A DNA stretch of 64,000 nucleotides from Rhizodiscina lignyota (taxonomy: Eukaryota): NCBI GenBank assembly GCA_010015805.1, contig ML978131.1, forward strand, positions 930,001 to 994,000. Direction: 5' to 3'. Positions 34,659-46,325 of the stretch are shown here, in pieces (position 1 is the first letter of the stretch; the number at the start of each line of letters is the position of its first letter). The notes beneath the pieces are model-generated. The model was given only the letters and a program-made list of their open reading frames with translations, searched no databases and was not told the DNA's origin. Made by a program: the position numbers and the translations under genes.

Positions 34659-36342
34659 CTACCGCCCCTTTAGCGGATCCCTTTCCCTTGCCATTTCTGC
34701 TTCTTCGTTTGCAATCTTCAATCGTTCGTCCCCCCGTACTTTGAGATCAAATGGAAACCACTTTGGCTGTGCATTGAAACCTGCTGTATAATCGTACAGT
34801 GGTACTTCTTCCTCCTCGCCCGTCGCAAGCGTCTTCTTCTTGACTTCACAAGCCCATGCAATCCTTGCAATCAAGAGGAACAGTGAACGCTCCGCAATGT
34901 TCAGCCCAGGACAGATACGGCGGCCGAAACCGAAAGCTGAGAAGCCTTGGAGGTTTGGATATGTTGAAAGCGGCTCTTTGTACGTCGGATATTTTGGATC
35001 AAGCCAGCGCTCTGGTTTGAATGTTTCGGGTTCTGGGTACAGTTCTGGATCGCGGTGGATAGCCCTAATCATGTCAGTCTGGCTCTTGAGCAAGAGAAAG
35101 GCGCAGTTCAAACCATTGGTTCGCATGTATATTCGTTCCGGCAGGAATGAATGTTCCATTATACACGTCGTCTTTTGTCAACAGATGCGGGACTCCTCCC
35201 GCAGTGACTGGTCTCCATCGCAGCGTCTCCTTCATTGTAGCACGAACGTATGGTAGATCTGGCATATCTGCAAACTGAGGGAGTCGCTCTGATCCAATAA
35301 CCCTGTCTAGTTCTTCGTGAACTTTTCTTTGTTCTTCTGGATGGAGTACCATGCACAACAAGAACGACATCATCCCAGCAGCTGTCGTACCACTTCCAGC
35401 TTCGAACATGGTACCAATCACATATGCCAGCTGATCTGGCGTAAGGCCAGATTCTCCCTCTTTCTCAACCGCGACTTTCTCCCAGCAATCTGGCGCTGTG
35501 CCCGCATCGATCTCCACGCGGATGTCATCTCTCAGCTTCCGGAACAGAGAAAGCTCCTCCTGATGCAAGTCTTCCAGCTCTTGCTTGAATGGTGCAAGAG
35601 GTTTGGGCAGCATCATCAGCGATGGAAATGTATCAACCAGATATGCGCCTGGCGAAGCAATGCGCTCCAAGTTTTCGAGGACTTTGTAAATCCGGCGGAC
35701 TTCCGGCTCCTTCCCAGTCGTAATCTTCCGTCCAAACGCCAGGCGCAACATCAACCCAGAAGAATACTGCTCAATCCATTGTTCGTAGTCCGTTGGCGAG
35801 CGAATTAGGTTTTCCAGTAACCAAGTCGATAACATCGCCTGCGTCGGCTCGTACGTAGCTGCCGCGCTCGGCATGGCGAGGAGATGCATCAGTCGTCTCC
35901 CATTCCGCCAGACATCATCGTATGGTAGCAACACAGGCCTCAACCCACGACTTAGTAGAACTGCGGCTGCGGGGAGTTGTTCTCGGCTTGAGTAGATGTT
36001 GCCACGCTCTCTAAGTAGATCATTGGCGATTTTCTCCTTTGAAACGACGTAGTGCTCGCGGCCTGCGAGATTGAGACGGAAAATAGGGCCGTACTGGTCC
36101 GCCCATTCTTTGAATTTCAGCCAGGAGTGCTTCGGGGGAATATCAGGTAGATTGCCGATCAGTGGTTTTCCTATGGAGCACGTAAGTTACAGGCAGGGTG
36201 TATTCTGAAGTCAACTGGCACTACCTGGTGGACCTGGAGGCAACTTTGTGCCCGGCGGACATCGTGGATTGGAATTTAGAAGCTTGAAAATGAAGAATAT
36301 CAAAATGGGTAGCAGGAATCCCGCATAAACTGTGGAAGACAT
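34659..36342 (-). CDS. Cytochrome P450 monooxygenase, 3 exons
   Basis: N-terminal TM anchor plus PPGPP|G.PLIGN, EAGSGTT (I helix), KETLRW (ExxR), FKPERW, FGFGRRICPG (heme Cys). Confidence 0.95.
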
Positions 36343-37405
36343 TGGTAGAGAAAATGAAAGAGAAGAACGTCACGCCTGGGAGTTCATGTAACGTGCAATT
36401 AAGCTTATTACATGGCTTTATGCCGAGCTCTACGGAATTGAGCTTCAGTTCCGAATTACTTTAGACCAATGACAGGATTTGGAATCCTTCCAAGAGATGC
36501 ACAGTTTAGGTGATGCACACATCGACCAGCTTCCCCTCTTGCCCCGAGGTTCGACCGCCACGGGATCTGGGGAGATGGAAATCGACCGCTGGAGCGATTC
36601 CTCTCCAGATATGGGGCTAAATGTATCAACATGAGGCGACGCTGGTTCCGTGTTCATACGGTAAGTCGAAGGTTAGCGTTAGATCTGTCGGTGGAACGGT
36701 GGTCCGCGGTATTCCACAACCGGAAGCTCTCACGAAAGCCGCGTCTAGACGAAGAAGGATAATCGGCCAGTCAATCATACCTTGATACTCGGCATCATCC
36801 CTCTCAATAAGTAATTACCTGGGAGCCAACATACATATCAATCAGCCTGTTAGGGGCTGAATTGGTGAACGCCCTTCCATGACTAAGCTTACGTCGAGAC
36901 ATAAGCCATTTCCTCTCTTGCAAAGAAGACATAAATGAAAGCGTCCATTCGAATGTTTGAACTCTCGTGCGAGAAGTCAAATGTAAGCATAGTTTCCTAA
37001 GCGCATTGGTTTTTGGTGGCGGAGATTATCAAGATTTCCGCCCGCCTTGACTGCTTTAGAGTTACTGGGTGTTTTGGAAACAGAACCCACTTAGCCAGAG
37101 ACATAGCACAAGCACACTCTTGCGATCTGCATGTGTTCAATTAATATGAAAAGTTATATCATTATTACTCCTAGAAACCCACTACCCGAATTTTCAACCG
37201 ATCTAAAGAGAATAACTCTATGACATACTCTATCGATAATGCTTGAATAAAGCTGAAGTAGCAGGGGGAATAGAATATGATTAAGAAGGCTGGTACAGAC
37301 TTATCTTGTGACCTGTCACAAATTGCGAATTCTATTGAATTACCCTCACAACTGATCGTCTGAACAGAATAAGTGATATCCTTCACTCGGGGCCACAAAA
37401 CAGCT

Positions 37406-40306
37406 CTACGAAATCACAGCCTCCCTGTATGGTGACAGAACAACTGCACCAACAACACCATAAGCCTGCCGTGTCGCGATACCATACACTGCCGGATCTG
37501 TTGTCCGCAGCCTGTTCAGCAGCGTTGATGCGAATTCAATCTCGATCGTATTCTGCCCCGACTTGAGGTATCGGCCAATATCGTGACTCGCCGCTGTCTG
37601 ATCTGACGACGTGATACGTTTGTCGTTCACAGTGATAGCGAACGAGCCGCCAGAAACAGTGAAGCTAATCATAGCTCCTGTGTCACTGGGCCAGCTTTTG
37701 CCTAGGTCGAATTTTGTTGTGTACGTTCCGATTCCAGAAACATCCTGCAGCTCTGTAATTTGGGACCACGGGAGAAGAGAAGACAGCTTGAGGCTGTGCT
37801 TCTTGATCACAGTTGAGCTGTTTGTGCTTCCTGGGACAAAATCTTGGACGTCTAATTGCCAGGAAGTCAAGTTGAGGCTCGCCGGCACAGTGCCAATTTT
37901 GCTGGCCACCTTGCGACCATTCTGCAACGTCGTTGTGTACGTTCCAGTCTTATTTGCGCGAATCTTCATCTTTAACCCATCATATCGCACTGATTGAGCT
38001 GTAGTACTTGTCGCATGATTGAGGAGACTCGCAAACGGCACCATGCTGATCATTGTCGATTGTCCCCCTTGCAGAGCCATGTGGAGTTGTATGCGATTAT
38101 CGGGTAACTCCCGATACAAAGCAATCGGAGTGATTTCTCCAGTCCAGAGATTCAGCAGCACGGGTCCTTGATCCAATGAGCGTCTGAGAATTGTAATATC
38201 GACAACGGCGGCCTCGCTAGTTGCTGCCACTGCTTTGGATGTTGCGCCTCCGACAAAGAAGTAATGATCCATCAAGCCGTCCTCACGATGAAGGTAAATG
38301 AGAGAAGAATTGTCGTACTGAACAGCTGGTGATATTCCGAGGTCAGCAACACAATTTGGCATATCAGCCCTTGAAGCGGCATTTACAACGCTCGGTTGCT
38401 GGAGTAGCTGCTTCACTGTGTTTGCTACTTGAGCGGCTTCAGAAAACTCGCTGAGTCCATAAGGTAACGGAGCTGACCAGTTCCCAATGGCCATTATCTT
38501 CAAGCCTTGCTTTGCGTATTGAAGCAACTTTTCGGCGGTGTCTAAAGGTAGACCTGTTTCTTGATTGGAAAAGGCGTCGCCTTCGAATGTCAAAAGCTCG
38601 AAGTTTGGACCCTTCGGCGCAAGACGTTTCTGTGACACAGTCGCTGTTGGTAGATCCAGAAGGCTCGGAGCTAGGAAATTCAAACTCCAGCCCGCTCTCA
38701 TACCATCTTGGCTGAAGTACGAGGCTCCGAACCCGGAGGCGATGTAGCCTTTCTGGCGCAGAAATGCCACGTCGTGCCGAGCAACACCTTTCCTCATCAT
38801 CATCTGAACACGGCCGAAGTACGTCGAGATGTCTTTTGCATGGACCCATTGAGGCTGACGCGGACCCCACGCCTCTGAATAACCGATTGATCCATGATAT
38901 GGAGAAAATGCTGCAAATCCGGGCCAAGGTGAAGTCGGAGCATCCTTGTATGCGAATCCGTGAAAGACGTTCATGTTGACCCCGGCTGCCATGGCCGGGT
39001 TGACAATCTTGAGCACCTGATTCCAAGTTTCGCTGTATGCGCCTCCGTTGACTGCTGCAGCTTCGCACGAAATTCTCTCGTGAAGTGCCATGTTGTTGCC
39101 TCCGGCTAGAGATCGAAAGTCGTCAAGATTCTTGAACCCAAGCGTTTCACCTTCACCGATGTCAAAAGCGGCTGCGGCAGCCATTGAATCAGTCTGAAGA
39201 CCATATGGTTGCACACGCAGACCCATGCCGAATCCATGTGCCCATTGTTTGACAATATCGACGTGGTCTGAGATGTATAGGTTTCCCATGACGGTCCAAT
39301 AATCGTTCAAAGCTCCACGCGTAATCTCCGAATTGCTAAACGCGAAGACTTGGTTTTCGTCTTCTCGAACAATGGCAGGAAGGATAGATGTGATGTCGTA
39401 ATTCATTTGGCTTTGGAATTCTGCAGGTAGATTTGGTGTCCAGAACGTAGTAGCGTCTAGCTCTAGAGAATCCTCGAATATGTTACCGCCATCAGATTTG
39501 AACCGACTACGAAGATCTTTGTAACTGAGGATATGATTGTCCCAATAACTGGTAATAGCATTACTGCCATCCTTGGAGAAATGATCGATAACATAGGCAG
39601 GCGGCACGGTGTGCGGTCCGGCTTCGGGCTGTTGACCACTACCACGGACTCTGTAAGATAGTAGTAACCAAGTGGCGTTCCCAGGTGGAGTCCACGTTAT
39701 ACGGCCGTTTTTCACGTTCTTCGTCAGGTCAATGAGACTGTCGTGATCAAGCAACACCGTCTTCGCACTTGGACTACTGGTCGAGTTGATGCGCCATGCT
39801 TGGAGGGCCAAGAGAGTTGCAGTTGTAACACCGCTCTCGGCAGCTTGAAATGGTGCTGGTATAGCATCGTCATATGTTGTTTCCCCGTGGACAACAGCCC
39901 TGCCGTGCACAAGCTCCTTCGCGGCTCCGACGCTGTTGGGCGTTATTGATGGGATGGCAGCTGGCCAGGAAGGTCCAATAGCTATATCAATCTGAAAGTC
40001 ATGTTTGCTCGCTTCATCAAGTGCTGCAGAAACGGCGTCCAGCCAAGGCGCGGTCCCCCATCCATGCCCGGCCGGGTCCAGAATTGAGCCATTGTCGATA
40101 CTATGATGGACGTCCTGTATCTCTGCTCCCCCAAACCCGGCTTTAGCCATTTGACTGACTTCAGCCCTGATCTCGGTAGTCGAGACTAGTCCGCCTGGGA
40201 GCCACCATCGAAACATTGGTCGCGCTGATACTGGAGGACTTGCAAAGGTTGAAAAGGAGGAAACGAGAGAAGGAGACACTGACTGAAAAGCTGATAGAGC
40301 CGCCAT
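37406..40306 (-). CDS. GH106 alpha-L-rhamnosidase-like glycoside hydrolase, intronless
   Basis: FASPPVSARPMFRWWLP, GFGGAEI, WGTAPW, DIAIGPSWP, IDHFS, FEDSLE, EGETLGF, ISCEAAA, GVNMNVFHG, WPGF and C-terminal jelly-roll VSGIGTYTTKF...LKSGQNTIEI. First ATG is at 40306 (the ORF track starts at TTG 40324). Confidence 0.85.
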   Translation of the reverse strand: MAALSAFQSVSPSLVSSFSTFASPPVSARPMFRWWLPGGLVSTTEIRAEVSQMAKAGFGGAEIQDVHHSIDNGSILDPAGHGWGTAPWLDAVSAALDEASKHDFQIDIAIGPSWPAAIPSITPNSVGAAKELVHGRAVVHGETTYDDAIPAPFQAAESGVTTATLLALQAWRINSTSSPSAKTVLLDHDSLIDLTKNVKNGRITWTPPGNATWLLLSYRVRGSGQQPEAGPHTVPPAYVIDHFSKDGSNAITSYWDNHILSYKDLRSRFKSDGGNIFEDSLELDATTFWTPNLPAEFQSQMNYDITSILPAIVREDENQVFAFSNSEITRGALNDYWTVMGNLYISDHVDIVKQWAHGFGMGLRVQPYGLQTDSMAAAAAFDIGEGETLGFKNLDDFRSLAGGNNMALHERISCEAAAVNGGAYSETWNQVLKIVNPAMAAGVNMNVFHGFAYKDAPTSPWPGFAAFSPYHGSIGYSEAWGPRQPQWVHAKDISTYFGRVQMMMRKGVARHDVAFLRQKGYIASGFGASYFSQDGMRAGWSLNFLAPSLLDLPTATVSQKRLAPKGPNFELLTFEGDAFSNQETGLPLDTAEKLLQYAKQGLKIMAIGNWSAPLPYGLSEFSEAAQVANTVKQLLQQPSVVNAASRADMPNCVADLGISPAVQYDNSSLIYLHREDGLMDHYFFVGGATSKAVAATSEAAVVDITILRRSLDQGPVLLNLWTGEITPIALYRELPDNRIQLHMALQGGQSTMISMVPFASLLNHATSTTAQSVRYDGLKMKIRANKTGTYTTTLQNGRKVASKIGTVPASLNLTSWQLDVQDFVPGSTNSSTVIKKHSLKLSSLLPWSQITELQDVSGIGTYTTKFDLGKSWPSDTGAMISFTVSGGSFAITVNDKRITSSDQTAASHDIGRYLKSGQNTIEIEFASTLLNRLRTTDPAVYGIATRQAYGVVGAVVLSPYREAVIS

Positions 40307-41735
40307 GATGAGATGTAAGACCAAATTGAGTCAGCTGCAAATGAGAGGAATGCGATCCTTTCTCCAGAGCGCTATAATAATCAACTGCCAGAACTGGAAC
40401 AGATATATGCTAATTACTTGCCCGTCAGGAGACCGGAAAATTGTGTCCGACGTCGCTATTTCCTGGGATTCTAAATGTTAGCCAAGCCATGCATGCAGAA
40501 AATGTGCTACAAGGTGAATGCAAGACGGGTGGGCATCTCCAATGAAGATATATCACTGACAAAGGTTAGTACAGCAACTTCTATTGCAAATCCGGCAGGC
40601 AAATAGTCCTTGAATTAGTATACTACCGGATCGAGAGGACACCTGGAAAGCTTTGCCGAGAGAACAGTTTGTCTCTGAGAGGAGATGAAGGCGGGCTGAG
40701 GCACAGTCCCCTCCACTGGTGCGGATACGAGTAGCCAAGACATCGCAGAATTCTAACATGGAGAGTTGGTTATATTCTAGCATAAGAATGTGAGAAGTTC
40801 GGGCCCATATCGCCCGGATTGTCCAGCATGAGCTGGTTAGGAGTCGCTTAACTTGGGGTAAGCAACCCCACGGGGTAGCTCTAGTACTGAGAATTTGAGA
40901 CTTCCGCGTGCCTGACGGGGGGATGCAAGCGAAGGGGAACGCATCCTGGTGGCCTGCAGTTGTCTTCAATAATACGAGATATGTCGAGGCTAATGACTAG
41001 CACCGTGGACATGAGGAATGATTAAATATAGGAGACGTCGTATCTGCGGAATTTCGGTGCAATGAACCCCGGACAATTCGATCGTACCTGCAGCGGCAGT
41101 CATGATCCTTGCCAGTAAAGATGAGAAGTGAACGGATGAAGTTCACCTCTCTGCAAAGCATGAATGATGAGTTTGACATTGCGTGAAAATGATGGCAGAG
41201 AAGTGGAGAAGATTTGCTTGACGCGAACTACACACGTCCAAAATTGTGACCATTCCGTTTATGGACTAGGCGCAACACGTCCAAGCGTCTGGCGTCTAGC
41301 ACCAAGGCCTATGCCTTCTATCAAATTATCAGTGTTGGCGTTACGATACGGAGTATCGTTGAGCTAGCCTCTGCGTTGGGTTCACTGTTGTATCCACAAC
41401 AATTCGAGGAGACATAGCCCTTATTCAAACTTCACAACATCAAGAAGGGAGCCTGCTTCAAGCTGTACCCAAACATGTGTCTACTTGGTATGTTGTGTAC
41501 TTTGCATTTTGCAATCATCATTACTGACTACTTGACTTGAGGATCTACCACCCTACGCCTCAATGTGTTGGTGTATGATTGCCCCCGCAAGCCAACACCT
41601 GCGACACTTGTTCAGTACCAAACTTCTCCCTAGCGATGGTGATGGGAACACAACAGCAGCACAGTCTCTTGACACATCTGCTACCAACGCCTCACAAGAC
41701 CCTTTCTGGATAACACAATAAGTGCCTGCTGTTTC

Positions 41736-43169
41736 TTAGAAAGACCCCAGGTGGAGATTGAAAAGCTGCATCGCCGCAGCTGTAATGGGCATAGCAGCGC
41801 CCACTAAATTCGCTTTCGACAACGCTTTTGCCTGTAATTGAAGTAAGAGGTGGAAAATCGCTTGTCAGTAACTGATTCGTATGGGCTGACATAAAAGAAA
41901 GCAAGCGTGAAATGCTCGACATACCAGTTTCTGACCGACGTCTTTAGCACCCTCGACGTCTTTGAGAGACCAAGTGGGCTTCTTCATCTTCGGTACATTC
42001 TCGATGAATTGCACATTAGATCCAGCGCCCTTGCTAATGATATCGTACATTAAATCAGTCTGCAAACCCACAGCTTCAGTAAAGCCCATGGCTTCAGCTG
42101 ATATTGCAAGATTCGCTCCTACGAAGATATCGATGATATCCTGGACAGTGATCTCGGGATTCCGTGGTACCACTGAATTCTCGCCTTTCGTCAATTGGTG
42201 TACAAGATGATCTGGATAACCAGGCAGATAGAGGCGCGTGAGGCGCGTATCGTCGTCCTTTATCCAGCCAGCATGTATGCCGGCCTGGAAGACCGTCTCC
42301 GCTGCTGCGGTTAGGAACACGGGAAAGTGCACAATGCGCGATTCGTTCACTATGATAGACTAGTAGCGATCAGCTGCGAATGCGACCTCAGAGTCGACGA
42401 GCCTTACTGTGTCCTTGTGGCTATTGGCCACGGCAGAGTAAATGCCATTATCTCCTTCAAGCATGTGTGGAATTCGATTCCCATTAACCCAGCTTGCGCC
42501 ATCACTGGCCTGCACTGCATCAAACACCTCCTGCGTATTCAGCCCGGCCCTTGCGGCAAGAGCCATTACCTCCGGTGCCAAACCGATTGCAACTTCTGCC
42601 GACACCTGATGGCACATTTTTGCTCTGGAGCCATTTCCGATGCCACCTGGAATCTTGTAGAGCTTGGCGCTCATAGCGTCGAGGACTGCATGAGCACTTG
42701 GAAGCTTCAAGCCTTCTTCTGGTCCGGAACTGAAAATCGAAAGAGTACCAGCGGCAGCACGAGGCGTTCCTCCGGAGACGGGACAGTCCAGCAAGTGTAT
42801 GTCGGACCGTTTATATTCGTTGTCGAGCCTTCCGCGCACTTCATTGGAATACTCCGGAGGCACGGTCGAGCTTATGATGATGATAGCATCTCGGGGAAGA
42901 GTGTTTATCGCTCCGGTGGTCTTTTCAAAGAGGACTTCTGTGACTTGGGAATGGCTTGTGACCATGATCACCAGGACTTCAGCATCTGCTGCAGCTTCAG
43001 CAGGTGAGGCTGCCGGCTTGCCTCCTGCCGCTACCAGCCTGTCTACAAAAGGCTTGTAGATGTCGAATCCCTTTACTATGAAATTCTGTTTCGCCAGCTG
43101 CATCGCCATACCACCACCCATAGCTCCAATGCCGCAAAATCCGACACGGGGATGTGTCTGACCTGCCAT
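41736..43169 (-). CDS. Beta-hydroxyacid dehydrogenase (LtnD/6PGD-NAD-binding family) with duplicated C-terminal helical domain, 3 exons
   Basis: VGFCGIGAMGGGMA, SSTVPP, LDCPVSGGTPRAAAGTLSI, GSRAKMCHQ (catalytic Lys); second helical repeat GANLAISAEAMGF...MYDIISKGAGSN; last exon AKALSKA...LHLGSF* ends at 41736. Confidence 0.9.
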
Positions 43170-43639
43170 GGTTACGATGTTTGAAGAAGGCGTACAGACG
43201 TCAGTAAAAGAAATTAGAGAGGTGAAGATTCATAAAATTAATGTTACACTCAGAATATTTTTTAGGGTCTTGCCTTTTCGAATGAGATCCTATTCATTTG
43301 CGATGCGGACCTGAATTGTCCGGGTGTCATGAGATTTGTGTTCCAGTGGCGGTTCAGTATGCAGCTCTTCGGCCTCTTCCCCGCTCGTACGGGTTGGATT
43401 TGTATGCCAATGACTCAAATGGCCGAGACAAATGATGCGTTCCTTGGATTCGACATTACGTCTTTTGTTGTCAGATTTGCACATTCTGATTGCCAGGTTT
43501 CGAGAAACGTTGCATAAAAAGCAATTTGTACTCTTTTTGGAACGTTGCTGCGTTTGTAACCGGGCGTCTCAGCCTTCCAAATTTCAGTCTCGCAGCACAA
43601 AACATAAGTACAAGTCTGCATTTTCGTCCTCTCGCGAGT

Positions 43640-44696
43640 ATGGGCCACGAAAGGCTCGAAAACAACAAGACCATTCAGATTCTTCGAGCGGCATCAAAGG
43701 GGAAATATGGAATTCCTGCTCCACTTGCGTATGTCACGGGGAAACCCAAGACGATAAAGTCAACTCTGTGATCACTAACCGAGACTCCAGGTTCAACATC
43801 GAACATATACTTGGCTTTGTGAAGGCGGCAGAACGAAAAAGATCGCCTCTCATCATCCAATTGTTCCCATGGGCAATTACTTGGTCCGATGGACTCCTTG
43901 TGCATGCGGCAGCACATGCCGCTCGCAATGCTACAGTCCCAATCGCTGTTCACCTCGATCACTGCCAGGAGGAATCAATGGTTAAAAGAGCCGCTGAGTT
44001 GCCGTTCGATTCGATCATGGTCGACATGTCACACCACTCCAAAGCGGAGAATCTCGCGAAGACAAAGCAATGGGTGGCGTATTGTCACGCACGTGGAAAG
44101 GCAACTGAAGCGGAGCCAGGCAGAATCGAAGGTGGCGAAGATGGAATAGCAGACACAGTTGATTTGAGTGGAGTAATGACTACTCAAGAAGAAGCGCAAC
44201 AGTTTGTCGAATCTGGTGTGGATATTCTCGCCCCAGCGTTTGGAAACGTTCACGGCGAGTATGGCCCTCGAGGAATCGTCCTAGATTGGGACAGGTGAGT
44301 TGAACCCCTCTCAGTCTTCGTATATTCCTTTATTTAATTTTCTCATATGAAGAGAATTCCTTAGCATTTTTGTCCATTCCATACGCTCCCATTATCAGAA
44401 AGGCTAATGAGACGAGCATCAGACTAGCGACCGTCCAAAAAATAACTAGTGCTGGCGATGTTCATCTTGCTCTTCATGGTGTCCTATTTTTCTCAGAGGA
44501 ATTGACAAGAAATCTGATTGAGGCTGGCATAACAAAAATCAACCTGAATCGCGACACCCTGGTAGATTATTACGATCACTTGAAGAAGAATGTTGGCAAG
44601 ATTCCTTTCACTCAGTTGTTAGAGGAAGCGGTAGAGGTGTTAGCAGAAGCAACGGGAAAACAAATGGATATTGCTCTCTCGACTGGCAAAGCTTGA
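43640..44696 (+). CDS. Class II (metal-dependent) fructose/tagatose-bisphosphate aldolase-family protein, 3 exons
   Basis: AASKGKYGIPA..|FNIEH, RSPLIIQLFP, VHLDHCQ, FDSIMVDMS, EAEPGRIEGGEDG, APAFGNVHG, LALHG, KINLN. Confidence 0.92.
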
Positions 44697-44879
44697 TGGA
44701 TTTGAAAGTATTGCTGTCTCCATCGAACACTGACACGTCTGCCTCTGCGGCAAATGTAGCAACGCTTGCACGTGTATTAACTTTATACGCCATTTATCAT
44801 GGGACCTTTCCTTCCATAAATGTCTCTTCGGCGAAAATGTGTTCGTATGTCTAGTTTCCATCTACACATGTGACCGATC

Positions 44880-46046
44880 TTAAGCCTGGATCCGAGCAGC
44901 AGTAGCGGAACGGCCTCTAATGCGAACGGGGCATTTGAAAATACCACCCGCATAACGTGCAGATTCCGGATACTTTTCGGGGTCCGATTCAGCTGCGCTG
45001 GTGATATAGAGATCCTCTCCAGCAAAGGCAGTGCACTGTGATTCCATGTTAGCCCATCCAGAACTAAAAGAGCCATGACTCTGAAAGTTCGAACAGAAGA
45101 TGCTATACAGTGATATTGCGAGTTGGTAATCGTATATCCCCTAGTACCTGTCCACTCGGCGAAACTCGAATCACTCGCCAGCCTCCGTAAAGAGCGATCC
45201 ACAAGTTACCATCCTCGTCCTGCGAGTGGCCATCGGGAACAGCACCTGGTTCTTCGACAGTGAAGAACGTTCGCTTGTTCGAAATTGAACCAGTAGCAGC
45301 GTCATAGTCGTATGCGAAGATGCTCTTCGTCGGCGAGTCGGTGAAATAAAAAGTCTTGTCATCTTTCGACCAGCTCATACCATTGGCAATTGTTACCCCT
45401 TCAATCATCCGATGAAAGCTCCCGTCGGTATCAAGTCTGAAAACAACAGCTATTCGATTGGTTTAGTTCAAACAAGAAATCCACGAGACGAGGGCCGACT
45501 TACCTTCGGGCGAGAATTTGGTGACCTGAGGATCGTTGATGGCGCTGATCCAGAATCTCCCTTGGCTGTCGACGGCTCCGTCATTGGCTCTCATGCGCTC
45601 TTCTTTGCTTTCTCTGAGCTCTTCCGAGTTCCAGAAGCGTTGGATATAGCGATACTCGTTGCTATTCTTCTTCGCGATGCCAATTCCATGCTTCCCACCG
45701 AACAGGAAACTGTCTCCAGATGACGCTAGTTCAGCGGTGATCCTTACACCCCAAAGATTAGTAAAAGGGTTTCTTAGACCTTGCATTCACTGCGACTTAC
45801 CCCATTGAGATTTCATACTCCACTTTCTGCAATGACGACGGTCCGACATTTAGGTCCACACGGAACACCGTCTTGTTCACAATATCTACGAAGCGCAATA
45901 TATTTGCATCTTTCTCCCAGTATGGGCCTTCCGAAAGGGCGCAATGGAGATCAAGGAATGGCTTTCATGTTATTGTGACGTTAGAACGCTCTATTGTCAC
46001 TAATTTTGCAATCAAGCCTCACCTCCGTTACCGTAAAACTTTGCAT
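44880..46046 (-). CDS. SMP-30/gluconolactonase/LRE family lactonase, about 5 exons
   Basis: MQSFTVTE|PFLDLHCALSEGPYWE, MRANDGAVDSQGRFW, IANGMSWSKDDKTFYFTDS, VPDGHSQDEDGNLWIA, NIT|CTAFAGEDLYITSA; TAA at 44882-44880. Confidence 0.92.
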
Positions 46047-46325
46047 GGCTCCCGTCAATTGACCCCACCAACAGACAATGACAATAAGTACAGCAGACTG
46101 GGAAGAGTACGGCGGCGATAAGGCGATCACGATATTATCGTGCGAGGCGAAGGAGTGAGGAAGTGATGTCGATGAGACAAATACTTAAATCATAAGTGCC
46201 GAATAGCATCCAAACTAGGCTTAGCGTATCACCCTTGATGATAGGTATACTCTCGTGCCCCTATTTCCCCTTCAAATTCGAAAAATTCCAATCGTCATTC
46301 AATTAGACATATACACATCGTCCAT

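Noticed and set aside
40553..41700. Short ORFs and an intron-like GTATGT...CTGAC...AG between GH106 and the dehydrogenase
   Set aside because: No coherent gene model or motif could be built.
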